This document shows, in pieces, positions 31,677 to 43,905 of a stretch of 64,000 nt of DNA; position 1 is the stretch's first letter; each line of letters starts with the position of its first letter. The notes under the pieces are model-generated. The model had not been told where the DNA came from. It saw nothing but the letters and a program-made list of their open reading frames with translations, and did not search any database. The position numbers and the translations under genes are program-made. The stretch lies in the sequence record SRR2962707_2060; one strand, given 5' to 3'.

Positions 31677-34487
31677 TTGAACGATAAAACACCGATTGAT
31701 GGCGATGGCGGAAAATTCGGCATTGAACCGATTTCAATCATAGACGAAATGCAACGCTCTTACCTCGATTACGCCATGAGCGTGATCGTTTCGCGCGCGC
31801 TTCCTGACGTGCGCGATGGTCTAAAGCCGGTTCATCGACGGATTTTATATGCGATGTATGACAGTGGTTATCATTGGAACCGCAAATTCGTTAAATCTTC
31901 CAAGGTTGTTGGTGATGTGATGGGTAACTTCCACCCACACGGCGATAGCGCGATCTATGATTCCTTGGTTCGTATGGCGCAAGATTGGTCCTTGCGTGTG
32001 CCGCTCGTAAACGGGCAGGGCAACTTTGGTTCTATCGACGGTGATCCACCTGCAGCGATGCGTTATACGGAATCGCGCCTTCAAAAAGTAGCGCATGAGC
32101 TGCTCGAAGACATTGATAAAGACACGGTCGATTTTCAAGATAACTATGATTCATCGCGCGAAGAGCCAAAAGTGCTGCCCGCGCGTTTCCCGAATCTTTT
32201 GGTGAATGGTTCTGGCGGTATTGCCGTTGGTATGGCGACGAATATTCCGCCGCACAATCTGGGTGAGTTGGTTGATGGCTGTATCGCCATGATCGACAAT
32301 CCAGCGATTACCTTGCCTGAAATGATGCAATATGTGCCTGGCCCCGATTTTCCGACTGGTGCGATCGTGCTTGGTCGCAGTGGCATCAAATCTGCCTATG
32401 AGACAGGCCGCGGCTCAATTATTATGCGTGGTCGCGCCGTTATCGAGCAGCGCCCCAATGACCGCGAAGCGATCATCATCACCGAAGTGCCTTATCAGGT
32501 CAATAAGGCGACGATGATTGAAAAGATGGCGGAATTGGTGCGTGATAAGCGCGTTGAAGGCATTTCTGATATTCGCGATGAGTCTGACCGTACGGGTTAC
32601 CGTGTTGTTGTTGAGACTAAACGCGATGCGAATGCTGAGGTCATTCTAAATCAGCTTTATCGGTACACACCGCTTCAGACTTCATTTGGCGCTAATATGG
32701 TGGCGCTCAATGGTGGTAAACCGCTGTTGATGAACTTGATGGAAATGCTGCATGCTTTCGTCGCGTTTCGCGAAGATGTTGTTCAGCGCCGCACGAAGTA
32801 CCTTTTGCGCAAAGCGCGTGAACGGGCCCATGTTTTGGTCGGTTTGGCGATTGCGGTTGCCAATATTGACGAAATTATCAAGCTGATCCGCTCTGCGCCT
32901 GATACAGGCACTGCGCGTGAACAATTGATGGAACGCCGCTGGCCTGCGGGCGATGTTGCGCCATTGGTCGAATTGATTGCGGACCCGCGCCATAAGCTCA
33001 ATGAGGATGGCACTTACTTCCTTTCTGAAGAGCAAGCACGCGCTATTCTTGACCTACGTTTGGCACGTTTGACTGCCCTTGGCCGCGATGAAATTGCCGA
33101 TGAACTCAATACTATTGGCGTGGATATTAAAGAATATTTGGCCATTTTGGCATCGCGCCAACGCATTCAAGACATTGTAAAAAATGAGCTTATTGCCGTT
33201 AAAGAGGAATTTGGTACGCCGCGCCGCTCAGAACTGACTGAGGGCGGCCCAGATATGGACGATGAAGATCTCATCGCCCGCGAAGAGATGGTCGTTACGT
33301 TCAGTCATGAGGGCTATATCAAGCGTGTGCCGCTTGATACGTATCGTGCGCAGCGCCGCGGCGGCAAAGGCCGTTCTGGCATGGCGACAAAAGACGAAGA
33401 CTTTGTCACACGCTTGTTTGTCGCCAACACGCATACGCCGATTTTATTCTTCTCATCACGCGGTATTGTTTACAAAGAAAAAGTGTGGCGTTTGCCGATT
33501 GGAACGCCAACTTCGCGCGGTAAATTCTTACGCAATATGTTGCCTCTCGAAGAAAATGAACGCATTACCTCGATTATGCCATTGCCGGAAAATGAAGAGA
33601 GCTGGGCTGAACTCGATGTTATGTTCGCCACAACGCGCGGGACCGTGCGCCGTAATAAGCTATCAGACTTTGTTCAGGTGAACCGCAACGGCAAAATTGC
33701 AATGAAATTTGAAGAGGGTTCTGGCGACGAAATTCTCGGCGTTCATACCTGTTCTGAGAACGACGACGTGTTGATGACCACGGCGCTTGGACAATGTATT
33801 CGCTTCCCTGTGACGGATATTCGTGTGTTCGCTGGACGCAATTCCACCGGCGTTCGCGGTATGAATATTGCCGATGGAGACCGCGTAATTTCAATGGCGA
33901 TATTGCAGCATGTGGATGCAACTGCTGAAGAACGCGCAGGCTATTTGAAATATGCAACGGCGCTACGCCGCGCCGATGTGGAAGATGAAGATACAGCTGT
34001 AAGCACTTCAGATGATGAAGAAAATACAGTTGCAGCGGCGCTGGCTCAAGACCGTATTGACGAGTTGGCAGCACGCGAGCAATTCGTGCTTACTGTCAGC
34101 GAATTTGGTTATGGCAAACGATCTTCTTCCTATGATTTCCGTGTCTCTGGACGCGGCGGCAAAGGCATCAAAGCCACAGACACTTCTAAGGCTAAAGAGA
34201 TAGGTCAATTGGTGGCGACGTTCTCTGTTGAGAGTGATGACCAGATCATGCTTGTTTCAGACAATGGCCAAGTTATTCGTGTACCGGTCGAAGGTATCCG
34301 CTTTGCAAGTCGCTCAACAAAAGGTGTAACAATCTTCAAGACCCGTGACGGCGAAAAGGTGGTCTCTGTAGAACGCATTTCAGAGCCAGAAGATAATGGT
34401 GAAGATGCTGTCGTCGACGCTCTTGCCGAACCGGTTGAAGGTGACAATGTTCCACCAACTGAAGCTGCTGGAGATGACGAAAATTGA
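31677..34487 (+). CDS. gyrA: DNA gyrase subunit A
   Basis: [29 protein letters not shown], GyrA-box QRRGGKG; TTG start. Confidence 0.99.
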   Translation: MNDKTPIDGDGGKFGIEPISIIDEMQRSYLDYAMSVIVSRALPDVRDGLKPVHRRILYAMYDSGYHWNRKFVKSSKVVGDVMGNFHPHGDSAIYDSLVRMAQDWSLRVPLVNGQGNFGSIDGDPPAAMRYTESRLQKVAHELLEDIDKDTVDFQDNYDSSREEPKVLPARFPNLLVNGSGGIAVGMATNIPPHNLGELVDGCIAMIDNPAITLPEMMQYVPGPDFPTGAIVLGRSGIKSAYETGRGSIIMRGRAVIEQRPNDREAIIITEVPYQVNKATMIEKMAELVRDKRVEGISDIRDESDRTGYRVVVETKRDANAEVILNQLYRYTPLQTSFGANMVALNGGKPLLMNLMEMLHAFVAFREDVVQRRTKYLLRKARERAHVLVGLAIAVANIDEIIKLIRSAPDTGTAREQLMERRWPAGDVAPLVELIADPRHKLNEDGTYFLSEEQARAILDLRLARLTALGRDEIADELNTIGVDIKEYLAILASRQRIQDIVKNELIAVKEEFGTPRRSELTEGGPDMDDEDLIAREEMVVTFSHEGYIKRVPLDTYRAQRRGGKGRSGMATKDEDFVTRLFVANTHTPILFFSSRGIVYKEKVWRLPIGTPTSRGKFLRNMLPLEENERITSIMPLPENEESWAELDVMFATTRGTVRRNKLSDFVQVNRNGKIAMKFEEGSGDEILGVHTCSENDDVLMTTALGQCIRFPVTDIRVFAGRNSTGVRGMNIADGDRVISMAILQHVDATAEERAGYLKYATALRRADVEDEDTAVSTSDDEENTVAAALAQDRIDELAAREQFVLTVSEFGYGKRSSSYDFRVSGRGGKGIKATDTSKAKEIGQLVATFSVESDDQIMLVSDNGQVIRVPVEGIRFASRSTKGVTIFKTRDGEKVVSVERISEPEDNGEDAVVDALAEPVEGDNVPPTEAAGDDEN

Positions 34488-35110
34488 TAGAATTAAGCGT
34501 TTTAGCGACGTATGTTTTAGCCTGCACCGCGATCATTATTGTGCCAGGACCAACAGTTACGGTTATTATTGCTAATTCTCTTCGTTCGGGCAGCCGAGCA
34601 GGATTGATGAATATAGCAGGCACGCAGCTTGGTATGTTCATTATGATAGGCATATTGGCTCTTGGCTTGCACACAATTGTGACGATGATGGGCGAGATTT
34701 TCGTCTACGTTAAGCTTTTGGGTGCGGCTTATCTGATTTGGCTTGGTGTTGGACTTTGGCGTTCAAATGGTGCGCTGGCTGATCCCAACAATATGAAAGT
34801 TAAAAAGAAATCGCTGCGCGGTTATTTCTGGCAAGGCTTTTTTGTTGCCCTATCAAACCCAAAAATTTTATTGTTTTTCGGCGCGTTCATCCCGCAGTTT
34901 GTCAATCCTGCAGGCAATTTAACGCAACAAACATTGATGCTTGGCGCGATCTTCATGGTCATCGCCACATTTTTTGACGGCCTATACGCTTTGGCTGCAG
35001 GGCGCGCAGGCGGCCTGTTGAGCCGATCCAATATCCGCATTGTTGAGCGTGTTTCAGGCAGTCTCATTGTTGGTGGCGGTTTATGGCTTGCGCTTTCTCG
35101 TCGCAGCTAA
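34484..35110 (+). CDS. LysE/RhtB family amino-acid exporter
   Basis: PGP motif, [19 protein letters not shown] overlap with the gyrA stop. Confidence 0.92.
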   Translation: MIELSVLATYVLACTAIIIVPGPTVTVIIANSLRSGSRAGLMNIAGTQLGMFIMIGILALGLHTIVTMMGEIFVYVKLLGAAYLIWLGVGLWRSNGALADPNNMKVKKKSLRGYFWQGFFVALSNPKILLFFGAFIPQFVNPAGNLTQQTLMLGAIFMVIATFFDGLYALAAGRAGGLLSRSNIRIVERVSGSLIVGGGLWLALSRRS

Positions 35111-35157
35111 GGCGAATTTTGCTTTCAAGATCATCGCAAACCGGTTAAATCGCACTT

Positions 35158-35652
35158 ATGAAAAAACGTATTGGCTTTTATTCCGGTTCTTTTGACCCTA
35201 TCACTTTAGGGCATATTGATGTCGTGCGCGCTGCACTAAATGTATTTGATCAAGTGGTGATCGGTATTGGCGTTCATTCAGCAAAAAAGGGTTTATTCAC
35301 ATTTGAAGAACGCAAAGCGCTGATTTCGGCTTCTCTTGATTCAGAAAATATGGATGCGAGCCGCGTTGAAATTTCTGCATTTTCCAATTTGGTGATTGAT
35401 GCGGCGCGCGCTGCTGGCGCATGCGCCATTATCCGCGGTCTTCGTGATGCCACTGATTTTGCTTATGAAATGCAAATGGCGGGCATGAATGAGCAAATGG
35501 CTGATGATATTCAAACCATTTTTATGCCGGCGAGTGTTGAAACACGCCCGATCAGCGCCACATTGGTGCGGCAAATAGCTTCGATGGGCGGCGATGTGTC
35601 ATCCTTCGTTCCAGCGCCGGTTGTGATAGCGCTGGATAAAATCAACAAATAG
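35158..35652 (+). CDS. coaD: Phosphopantetheine adenylyltransferase
   Basis: [15 protein letters not shown]...DF.YE and [10 protein letters not shown] motifs. Confidence 0.97.
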   Translation: MKKRIGFYSGSFDPITLGHIDVVRAALNVFDQVVIGIGVHSAKKGLFTFEERKALISASLDSENMDASRVEISAFSNLVIDAARAAGACAIIRGLRDATDFAYEMQMAGMNEQMADDIQTIFMPASVETRPISATLVRQIASMGGDVSSFVPAPVVIALDKINK

Positions 35653-35685
35653 CCAGTTACAAAACGGCATTTAAAGGAAATAAAT

Positions 35686-36276
35686 ATGGGCTTCGCTAAA
35701 TATTTAGGCGGAATTTTCGCTGCGGTAATCATTACTGTTATGAGCATTGTAGGTAATGCCTCTGCAGCGTCGGATCCAGAAAACACAATGATCATCACGC
35801 TAAAAGGCGGTGATGTCACGATTGCACTTCGCCCTGATTTGGCACCAAAGCATGTTGCGCAAGTGAAAGCTTTGGTTCGCGCGGGCGCTTACGACAATGT
35901 TGCGTTTCACCGCGTGATTGATGGCTTCATGGCGCAGACTGGTGATGTTCAGTTTGGCGACATGGAAGATGGCTTTGATCTGCGTCGTGCAGGTACCGGC
36001 AGCTCTGATATGCCTGATATTCCAGCAGAATTTTCTGCAGAACCGTTCAAACGCGGGATCGTAGGTATGGCACGTTCCCAGGATCCAAACTCAGCGAATT
36101 CACAGTTTTTCATCATGTTTGATGATGGTGAGTTTCTCAACAACCAATACACTGTGATTGGCCAAGTCGTCAGCGGCATGGAGCTAGTGGATGCGATCAC
36201 ACGTGGTGATGGTCCCAATGGCACAGTTTCTAGCCCCGATCGCATGATCAAGGTTGTGATTGAGGCCGACAAGTAA
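35686..36276 (+). CDS. Cyclophilin-type peptidyl-prolyl isomerase, exported (signal peptide)
   Basis: Signal peptide ending ASA; FHRVIDGFMAQTGD and SANSQFFI motifs. Confidence 0.95.
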   Translation: MGFAKYLGGIFAAVIITVMSIVGNASAASDPENTMIITLKGGDVTIALRPDLAPKHVAQVKALVRAGAYDNVAFHRVIDGFMAQTGDVQFGDMEDGFDLRRAGTGSSDMPDIPAEFSAEPFKRGIVGMARSQDPNSANSQFFIMFDDGEFLNNQYTVIGQVVSGMELVDAITRGDGPNGTVSSPDRMIKVVIEADK

Positions 36277-36324
36277 TAATTAGAAGACGAATAAAGCCTA
36301 CGGGCGTGAACAGAGGAAAATAAA

Positions 36325-36831
36325 TTGGCATATAAAGACCCAGAAAATACGCTCATTCTTGACACAACGAAGGGTGAAGTCGTTATCGAAATGCGCCCAG
36401 ACCTAGCGCCGGACCATGTTGCGCGCATTAAAGAGTTGGTGCGTGCCGGTGAATATGACGGTGTTGTTTTTCACCGTGTGCTTGATGGCTTCATGGCGCA
36501 AACAGGCGACGTGAAATTTGGTAAACAGGGCGGAACGCACTTTGATGCAAACCGTGCTGGTATGGGTGGCTCAAACAAGCCTGATCTTAAAGCTGAATTT
36601 TCTGACGAAAATCACGCCCGTGGCACATGTTCAATGGCGCGTGCGCAGAACCCAAATTCTGCAAACTCTCAGTTCTTTATTTGCTTTGAAGATGCGGGCT
36701 TTTTGAACAAGCAATATACTGTTTGGGGCCAAGTGATCGAAGGCATGGAAAATGTGGATCAGCTAAAGCGCGGCGAACCAGTGCAAATGCCTGATTCGAT
36801 TACGACAGCTAAAGTTGCCGCTGACATTTAA
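36325..36831 (+). CDS. Cyclophilin-type peptidyl-prolyl isomerase, cytoplasmic
   Basis: FHRVLDGFMAQTGD and SANSQFFI motifs; TTG start after GAGG. Confidence 0.95.
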   Translation: MAYKDPENTLILDTTKGEVVIEMRPDLAPDHVARIKELVRAGEYDGVVFHRVLDGFMAQTGDVKFGKQGGTHFDANRAGMGGSNKPDLKAEFSDENHARGTCSMARAQNPNSANSQFFICFEDAGFLNKQYTVWGQVIEGMENVDQLKRGEPVQMPDSITTAKVAADI

Positions 36832-36850
36832 GGTTCTAAAAAATCAATTT

Positions 36851-36889
36851 CAGGCAGGCTTTCACACCCGAAAGCCTGCCTGTTTTATT
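36851..36889 (+). terminator. Rho-independent terminator after the cyclophilin pair
   Basis: CAGGCAGGCTTTC-ACACCC-GAAAGCCTGCCTG followed by TTTTATT. Confidence 0.88.
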
Positions 36890-36904
36890 GTGAAATGAGT
36901 GCGA

Positions 36905-37963
36905 ATGCGCGTTGATGATTTTGATTTTGAACTGCCGGAAAAGCATATCGCGCTGCGTCCTGCTGATCCGCGTGACAGCGCTAAAATGCTCGTCGTCAAC
37001 GGCGACCTGCTAACCGATGCAACCGTCAGCGACTTGCCAAATTATTTGCGGCGCGGCGATGTTCTGGTCTTCAACGATACCAAAGTTATACCGGCGCAAT
37101 TAAACGGTACGCGGCTGCGCGAAGGTTCAGAAGGCGCGGAAGTCGGCTTTACCCTGCATATGCGTTCGGCGCCAGATCAATGGAATGCATTTGCCAAAGG
37201 CGCAAAGAAGCTCAAAATTGGCGATCAAATTCGTTTTAGTGCCGATTTTACCGCGCAAATTGTCGACAAGTTAGATGGCGGCGAGGTTGTTCTGCGCTTT
37301 GATCGCACCGGCCCGGCGCTTGACGAATCCATCATGCGTGTTGGTCATGTGCCGTTGCCTCCATATATCGTAGCTAAGCGCGGCGATGACGCGCAGGATC
37401 TAAAAGATTATCAGACCATCTATGCGCGCGAAGATGGCGCGGTTGCTGCGCCAACGGCAGGCCTGCACTTTACTGAAGAATTATTTGCCAAACTTGATGC
37501 CGCTGGCATTGGCCGTGAGTTCGTAACACTTCATGTTGGCGCAGGCACATTTTTGCCAGTGAAGGTTGATGATACGGATAATCATAAAATGCATTCGGAA
37601 ATTGGCGTCGTGACGGATGAAGTCGCAACGCGATTAAATGCAGTGAAGGCGAAGGGCGGGCGTATCGTTTGCGTTGGTACAACGTCAACGCGGTTGATTG
37701 AAAGCGCGGCAGATGCCCATGGCATTTTGTCTGCTTGGCGCGGGCCAACTGATATTTTTATTACGCCTGGCTACCGCTTTAAGTTTGTTGACGTGTTGAT
37801 GACTAATTTCCACTTGCCACGTTCAACATTGATGATGTTGGTCAGTGCATTTGCAGGCTATTATGCGATGCGCGACGCTTATACGCATGCCAAAGCGCAT
37901 GATTACCGGTTTTATTCCTATGGCGATTCAAGCCTGCTTTTTTCTCAAAAGAATGATGAATAA
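36905..37963 (+). CDS. queA: S-adenosylmethionine:tRNA ribosyltransferase-isomerase
   Basis: [31 protein letters not shown] and YRFYSYGD motifs. Confidence 0.98.
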   Translation: MRVDDFDFELPEKHIALRPADPRDSAKMLVVNGDLLTDATVSDLPNYLRRGDVLVFNDTKVIPAQLNGTRLREGSEGAEVGFTLHMRSAPDQWNAFAKGAKKLKIGDQIRFSADFTAQIVDKLDGGEVVLRFDRTGPALDESIMRVGHVPLPPYIVAKRGDDAQDLKDYQTIYAREDGAVAAPTAGLHFTEELFAKLDAAGIGREFVTLHVGAGTFLPVKVDDTDNHKMHSEIGVVTDEVATRLNAVKAKGGRIVCVGTTSTRLIESAADAHGILSAWRGPTDIFITPGYRFKFVDVLMTNFHLPRSTLMMLVSAFAGYYAMRDAYTHAKAHDYRFYSYGDSSLLFSQKNDE

Positions 37964-39093
37964 TGACACAGAATTTTGGTTTCACACTGCATAATAGCGA
38001 CGGTAAAGCGCGGCGCGGCACGGTTCACACGGGGCGGGGCGATATTCAAACGCCGACCTTTATGCCGGTTGGTACTGTGGGTACGATTAAAGGGCTTTAC
38101 CTTAATCAAGTCAAAGATGCTGGCGCAGACATCATTTTGGGTAACACCTATCACTTGATGTTGCGGCCTGGCCCAGAGCGCATGGAGCGGCTGGGCGGAT
38201 TGCATAAATTTATTGGTTGGGACGGCCCAATTTTGACAGATAGCGGTGGCTTCCAAGTGATGAGCCTATCTGCTTTGCGCAAAATGAGTGAGCAGGGCGT
38301 TACGTTCAAAAGCCATGTTGATGGTTCTATCTATGAAATGTCGCCAGAGCGTTCAATTGAAATTCAGGGCATGCTTGGTTCGGATATCCAAATGCAGCTT
38401 GATGAATGCGTTGCGCTGCCGGCCGACCACGAAACAATGCTCAAAGCGATGGAATTGTCTTTGCGCTGGGCGGAGCGATGCAAGGTGGCCTTTGGCGATC
38501 AGCCGGGCAAAGCGATGTTTGGTATTGTGCAAGGCGGCGATAATGTTGCGCTGCGCGAAGCGTCTGCAAAAGCTTTGGTTGAGATGGACTTAAAGGGCTA
38601 TTCCATTGGCGGTTTGGCGGTTGGTGAACCCCAAGAGGTCATGCTTGCCATGCTCGATGTGGTTTGTCCTATTTTGCCTACCTCGAAGCCGCGCTATTTG
38701 ATGGGTGTTGGTACGCCTGAAGATCTGCTGCGTTCAGTGGCAAAAGGCGTTGATATGTTTGACTGCGTGATGCCAACGCGCTCTGGGCGCCACGGGCAAG
38801 CTTTTACAACGCGCGGCAAGGTCAATTTGAAAAACGCCCGCCATGCAGAAGATATGCGACCACTCGATGAAGGCATTGTTTGCGAAGCCTCAAACACCTA
38901 TTCGCGCGCCTATTTACATCATCTGATGCGGTCTAATGAAATGCTTGGTATGATGCTTCTTTCTTGGCACAATATTGCCTATTATCAGCACTTAATGGCG
39001 GGTATGCGCGAAGCAATATCAGAGAATAGATTTGCGCAATTTGCTTCCGAGACCGAAGCAATGTGGGCGGCTGGCGATATTGATCCGGTTTAG
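37963..39093 (+). CDS. tgt: Queuine tRNA-guanine transglycosylase
   Basis: TPTFMPVGT, LTDSGGFQV, GIVQGG and DMFDCVMPTR motifs. Confidence 0.98.
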   Translation: MTQNFGFTLHNSDGKARRGTVHTGRGDIQTPTFMPVGTVGTIKGLYLNQVKDAGADIILGNTYHLMLRPGPERMERLGGLHKFIGWDGPILTDSGGFQVMSLSALRKMSEQGVTFKSHVDGSIYEMSPERSIEIQGMLGSDIQMQLDECVALPADHETMLKAMELSLRWAERCKVAFGDQPGKAMFGIVQGGDNVALREASAKALVEMDLKGYSIGGLAVGEPQEVMLAMLDVVCPILPTSKPRYLMGVGTPEDLLRSVAKGVDMFDCVMPTRSGRHGQAFTTRGKVNLKNARHAEDMRPLDEGIVCEASNTYSRAYLHHLMRSNEMLGMMLLSWHNIAYYQHLMAGMREAISENRFAQFASETEAMWAAGDIDPV

Positions 39094-39177
39094 GCACATC
39101 TCATAGTTCATCAGCGCGCTTGCTAGCCGACTGGAAATCGGGCAGATGTTGCCCATAAAAATTGGATTGGTTTAATC

Positions 39178-40059
39178 ATGCCCCGTAAATTTGATCATGC
39201 TGTTTTACCTGTTGAAAGCCTAGAAATCGCGCGTGACCGCTATGTGGTGCTTGGATTTACAGTCGCGGGCGATGCGCAGCATCCATTCGGCACTGAAAAT
39301 GCCTGTGTTTTCTTTGCCGACGGCACATATTTGGAGCCATTGGCCGTAGGTCAACGCGAAGATTGCGAGCGCACAGCGATGGAAGGCAATGTGTTTACGG
39401 CAGCTGACCAAGCCTATCGCTTTCGCGTTGGTGAAAATGGATTTTCTGGCTTGGCATTCGGTTCAGACCACGCGAAAAAAGACCATAAGACTTTTAAAAG
39501 TCTAGGTATTTCTGCTGGCAAAAAGCTGTCCTTTAGCCGTGAATTTGTTGATGGTAAGGGCAAAAAGGGCACTGCATCCTTTAAGCTTGCTTTTGCGAAA
39601 GATGACCGCGCACCTGACGCTATGCTGTTTACGTGCGAGCGGGTTAATGTCCCTGTTGTTGATCGTTCTTCTTTGACCGGTCATGAAAATGGTGTGACGG
39701 GCATTAAAGAAATTGTTCTTAGCGAGCAAAACCCTACAGATTTCCAATATTTCATTCAGCCCGTCATTGGTAATCGCGAAACGCATTCGCATTCCTTTGG
39801 CATGGAAATTCTTGCCGAAAATGTCAGCTTGAATGTTCTGACGCCAGAGGGAATGACAACTCTATTTGGCGTGAAGCGCCAGTCTTCGGAACGCGGTCTG
39901 CGCTGTGAAGGCATCGTCTACAAAGTGAGCGATGTTGAAAAACTCAAAACTGTTTTGGCGCTAAATGGCATCGCTGTGCGAGAAATGGGCCGCTATCTGG
40001 TGGTTGATAGCGCCGCTGGGCAGGGCGCATTTTTTGCATTTGAAATAGAAGGCGAATAG
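39178..40059 (+). CDS. VOC family protein (glyoxalase-like domain)
   Basis: DHAVL, HPFGT.N...F.DGTYLE and H.NGVTGI motifs; commonly found upstream of kdsA in rhizobia. Confidence 0.85.
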   Translation: MPRKFDHAVLPVESLEIARDRYVVLGFTVAGDAQHPFGTENACVFFADGTYLEPLAVGQREDCERTAMEGNVFTAADQAYRFRVGENGFSGLAFGSDHAKKDHKTFKSLGISAGKKLSFSREFVDGKGKKGTASFKLAFAKDDRAPDAMLFTCERVNVPVVDRSSLTGHENGVTGIKEIVLSEQNPTDFQYFIQPVIGNRETHSHSFGMEILAENVSLNVLTPEGMTTLFGVKRQSSERGLRCEGIVYKVSDVEKLKTVLALNGIAVREMGRYLVVDSAAGQGAFFAFEIEGE

Positions 40060-40065
40060 GAACCT

Positions 40066-40905
40066 ATGGTCAATTCAGTCAATAAAACCATTTCTGCGGG
40101 TGCCGTTTCCTTTGGTAATCATCTGCCTTTGTCGCTCATAGCCGGTCCGTGCCAAATGGAGAGCCGTGAGCATGCGCTCGAAATGGCATCTGCCTTGAAA
40201 GAGATTTGCGCTGAGCTTGGCATCGGGCTTATATATAAAACATCTTACGACAAGGCTAATCGCACATCTTTGTCTGGCAAGCGTGGACTTGGTATTGATA
40301 AAGCCATGGCTGTATTTGCTGAAGTCAAAGAGAGCCTTAATCTGCCCGTACTGACCGACGTGCATACAGCAGAGCAATGCGGTCCTGTGGGCGAAGTTTG
40401 TGATGTCTTGCAAATTCCGGCATTTTTGTGCCGTCAGACTGATCTTTTGATCGCGGCTGCCAATACAGGCAAAGTGGTCAATGTAAAAAAAGGCCAATTT
40501 CTCGCGCCTTGGGACATGACAAATGTGCTCAAAAAGGTCGTCGATAGCGGCAATTCAAATGTTATGTTGACTGAACGCGGTGCAAGCTTTGGCTATAATA
40601 CGCTGGTCTCTGATATGCGCGCATTGCCCATAATGGCTGAAACCGGCGCGCCTGTTATATTTGATGCAACCCATTCTGTTCAGCAACCAGGTGGTAATGG
40701 CGGATCTTCCGGCGGTGACCGGCGCATGGTGCCTTATTTGGCGAGCGCAGCAGTTGCTGTTGGCGTTGCAGGCGTGTTCATTGAAACGCACCAAGACCCT
40801 GACAATGCGCCCTCTGATGGCCCAAACATGGTGCATTTGAAAGACATGAAAGCCTTGCTTGCGCGTTTAATGGCCTTTGATAAGGTTTCTAAAGGCGCGC
40901 TATAG
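40066..40905 (+). CDS. kdsA: 3-deoxy-D-manno-octulosonate 8-phosphate synthase
   Basis: AGPC, DKANRTS, QIPAFLCRQTD, DATHSVQ and SDGP motifs. Confidence 0.98.
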   Translation: MVNSVNKTISAGAVSFGNHLPLSLIAGPCQMESREHALEMASALKEICAELGIGLIYKTSYDKANRTSLSGKRGLGIDKAMAVFAEVKESLNLPVLTDVHTAEQCGPVGEVCDVLQIPAFLCRQTDLLIAAANTGKVVNVKKGQFLAPWDMTNVLKKVVDSGNSNVMLTERGASFGYNTLVSDMRALPIMAETGAPVIFDATHSVQQPGGNGGSSGGDRRMVPYLASAAVAVGVAGVFIETHQDPDNAPSDGPNMVHLKDMKALLARLMAFDKVSKGAL

Positions 40906-40913
40906 GCGATTAA

Positions 40914-42290
<1,377 letters not shown>

Positions 42291-42291
42291 A

Positions 42292-42310
42292 TTTACCGTT
42301 CATTAACCAT
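42292..42310. promoter_or_regulatory. Putative CtrA-binding site upstream of ftsB
   Basis: TTTA-N7-TTAAC (one mismatch to TTAA-N7-TTAAC), including the TTAACCAT half-site. Confidence 0.5.
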
Positions 42311-42378
42311 ACTTGTTTGAGCGGGTTTAACTAAGATTCATGTACCAAGGTGTATTCAGTTACACCTTGGTATTTAGT

Positions 42379-42696
42379 ATGTGGACACGGCAACATAAAA
42401 AATCGAAACTTCGCTTCGCGATCTTTCCAATATTTGCTTTCTCATTGCTTGGTTATTTCGGTTTTCACACCGTCAATGGTTCGCTTGGCATGAACTCCAG
42501 CGACCAGTACGATTTGCGTATTTCGGAATTGCGCATAGAGCTTGCGGCATTGGAAGAAAAGAGCGCAGATTATTCTAAACGGACAACTCTGTTGCGCGAT
42601 GGTAATTTGGAACGTGATTTGATTGACGAGCAGGCGAGGGCTTCTTTGGGCCTGACTCGCTCCAACGAGATTGTGTTATTCAACGATACTAAATAA
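42379..42696 (+). CDS. ftsB: Septum formation initiator FtsB/DivIC family protein
   Basis: MWTR start, single TM helix, coiled coil, DLIDEQAR..LG; eno-ftsB-pdhA synteny. Confidence 0.88.
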   Translation: MWTRQHKKSKLRFAIFPIFAFSLLGYFGFHTVNGSLGMNSSDQYDLRISELRIELAALEEKSADYSKRTTLLRDGNLERDLIDEQARASLGLTRSNEIVLFNDTK

Positions 42697-42833
42697 CCTA
42701 TTATCAGTTAATTGATTACATTTAGGTATTCCACAGTAACTTAACCTACTTTTGGTTATTTATTTTTACATCTTGCCAAACTGTCCACTTGCGGTACATT
42801 CCCTACTATAAAAGTAAAACGGGAACCATCTTC

Positions 42834-43892
42834 ATGGCGACAACTCCACGCAAAGCTGCTGCGGCTAAAGCAGCGTCAAGCAAAGCAGTCGAGCACGTTT
42901 TGTTAGGCTCTATACCAGCCCCAAAACCAGCGAAATTTTCAAAAGAAGAAGAACTTCAAGCGTATCGCGACATGATGTTGATTCGCCGCTTTGAAGAAAA
43001 AGCCGGCCAGCTATACGGCATGGGCGCTATCGGCGGTTTCTGTCACCTGTATATTGGACAAGAAGCTGTTGTGACTGGCATTCAGATGTGTCTGAGCGAT
43101 GGGGATCAAATGATTACCGCTTACCGCGATCATGGCCACATGCTTGCTATGGGCATGGAGAGCCGCGGCGTGATGGCTGAGCTGACTGGTCGCATTGATG
43201 GCTACTCGCGCGGCAAAGGCGGTTCTATGCACATGTTCAGCCGCGAAAAGAACTTCTACGGCGGCCATGGTATTGTTGGCGCGCAAGTTTCGCTTGGTAC
43301 AGGTCTGGCTTTTGCCAACCAATATCGCGAAAATGGCAATGTTTCTGTTTCTTATTGCGGTGATGGCGCTGCAAACCAAGGCCAAGTCTATGAGAGCTTC
43401 AATATGGCGGCTCTTTGGAAACTGCCTACAATCTACGTGATTGAAAATAACCGTTATGCGATGGGCACATCAACTAAGCGCCATGCTGCGCAGCTTGATT
43501 TTTCTATGCGCGGCGTTTCCTTCGGTATTCCAGGCGTTCAGGTTGACGGCATGGATGTGCGCGCGGTTAAGTCTTCTGCTGAATATGCTGTTGAACACGC
43601 AAAAAGCGGCAAGGGTCCAATCATTCTTGAAATGATGACTTATCGTTACCGTGGCCACTCCATGTCTGACCCTGCTAAATATCGTTCAAAAGATGAAGTG
43701 CAGAAAATGCGCTCTGAGCAAGACCCGATCGAACAGGTTAAACAGCGTATCTTGAATGAGAAAATGGCGTCTGAGGACGATTTGAAAGCGATTGACAAAG
43801 AAATTCGCGATATCGTTATCGACGCTGCTGAATTCGCTCAGAAGAGCCCAGAGCCAGAAGCTTCTGAACTCTACACAGACATCTTGCTTTAA
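42834..43892 (+). CDS. pdhA: Pyruvate dehydrogenase E1 alpha subunit
   Basis: GGFCHLYIGQEA, GDGAANQGQ TPP motif, YRYRGHSMSDP. Confidence 0.98.
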   Translation: MATTPRKAAAAKAASSKAVEHVLLGSIPAPKPAKFSKEEELQAYRDMMLIRRFEEKAGQLYGMGAIGGFCHLYIGQEAVVTGIQMCLSDGDQMITAYRDHGHMLAMGMESRGVMAELTGRIDGYSRGKGGSMHMFSREKNFYGGHGIVGAQVSLGTGLAFANQYRENGNVSVSYCGDGAANQGQVYESFNMAALWKLPTIYVIENNRYAMGTSTKRHAAQLDFSMRGVSFGIPGVQVDGMDVRAVKSSAEYAVEHAKSGKGPIILEMMTYRYRGHSMSDPAKYRSKDEVQKMRSEQDPIEQVKQRILNEKMASEDDLKAIDKEIRDIVIDAAEFAQKSPEPEASELYTDILL

Positions 43893-43905
43893 GGGAGAAT
43901 GAGCA

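Noticed and set aside
35686-36831. Tandem cyclophilins as a recent duplication
   Set aside because: coaD-ppi-ppi-queA-tgt is a standard rhizobial arrangement and the copies are well diverged
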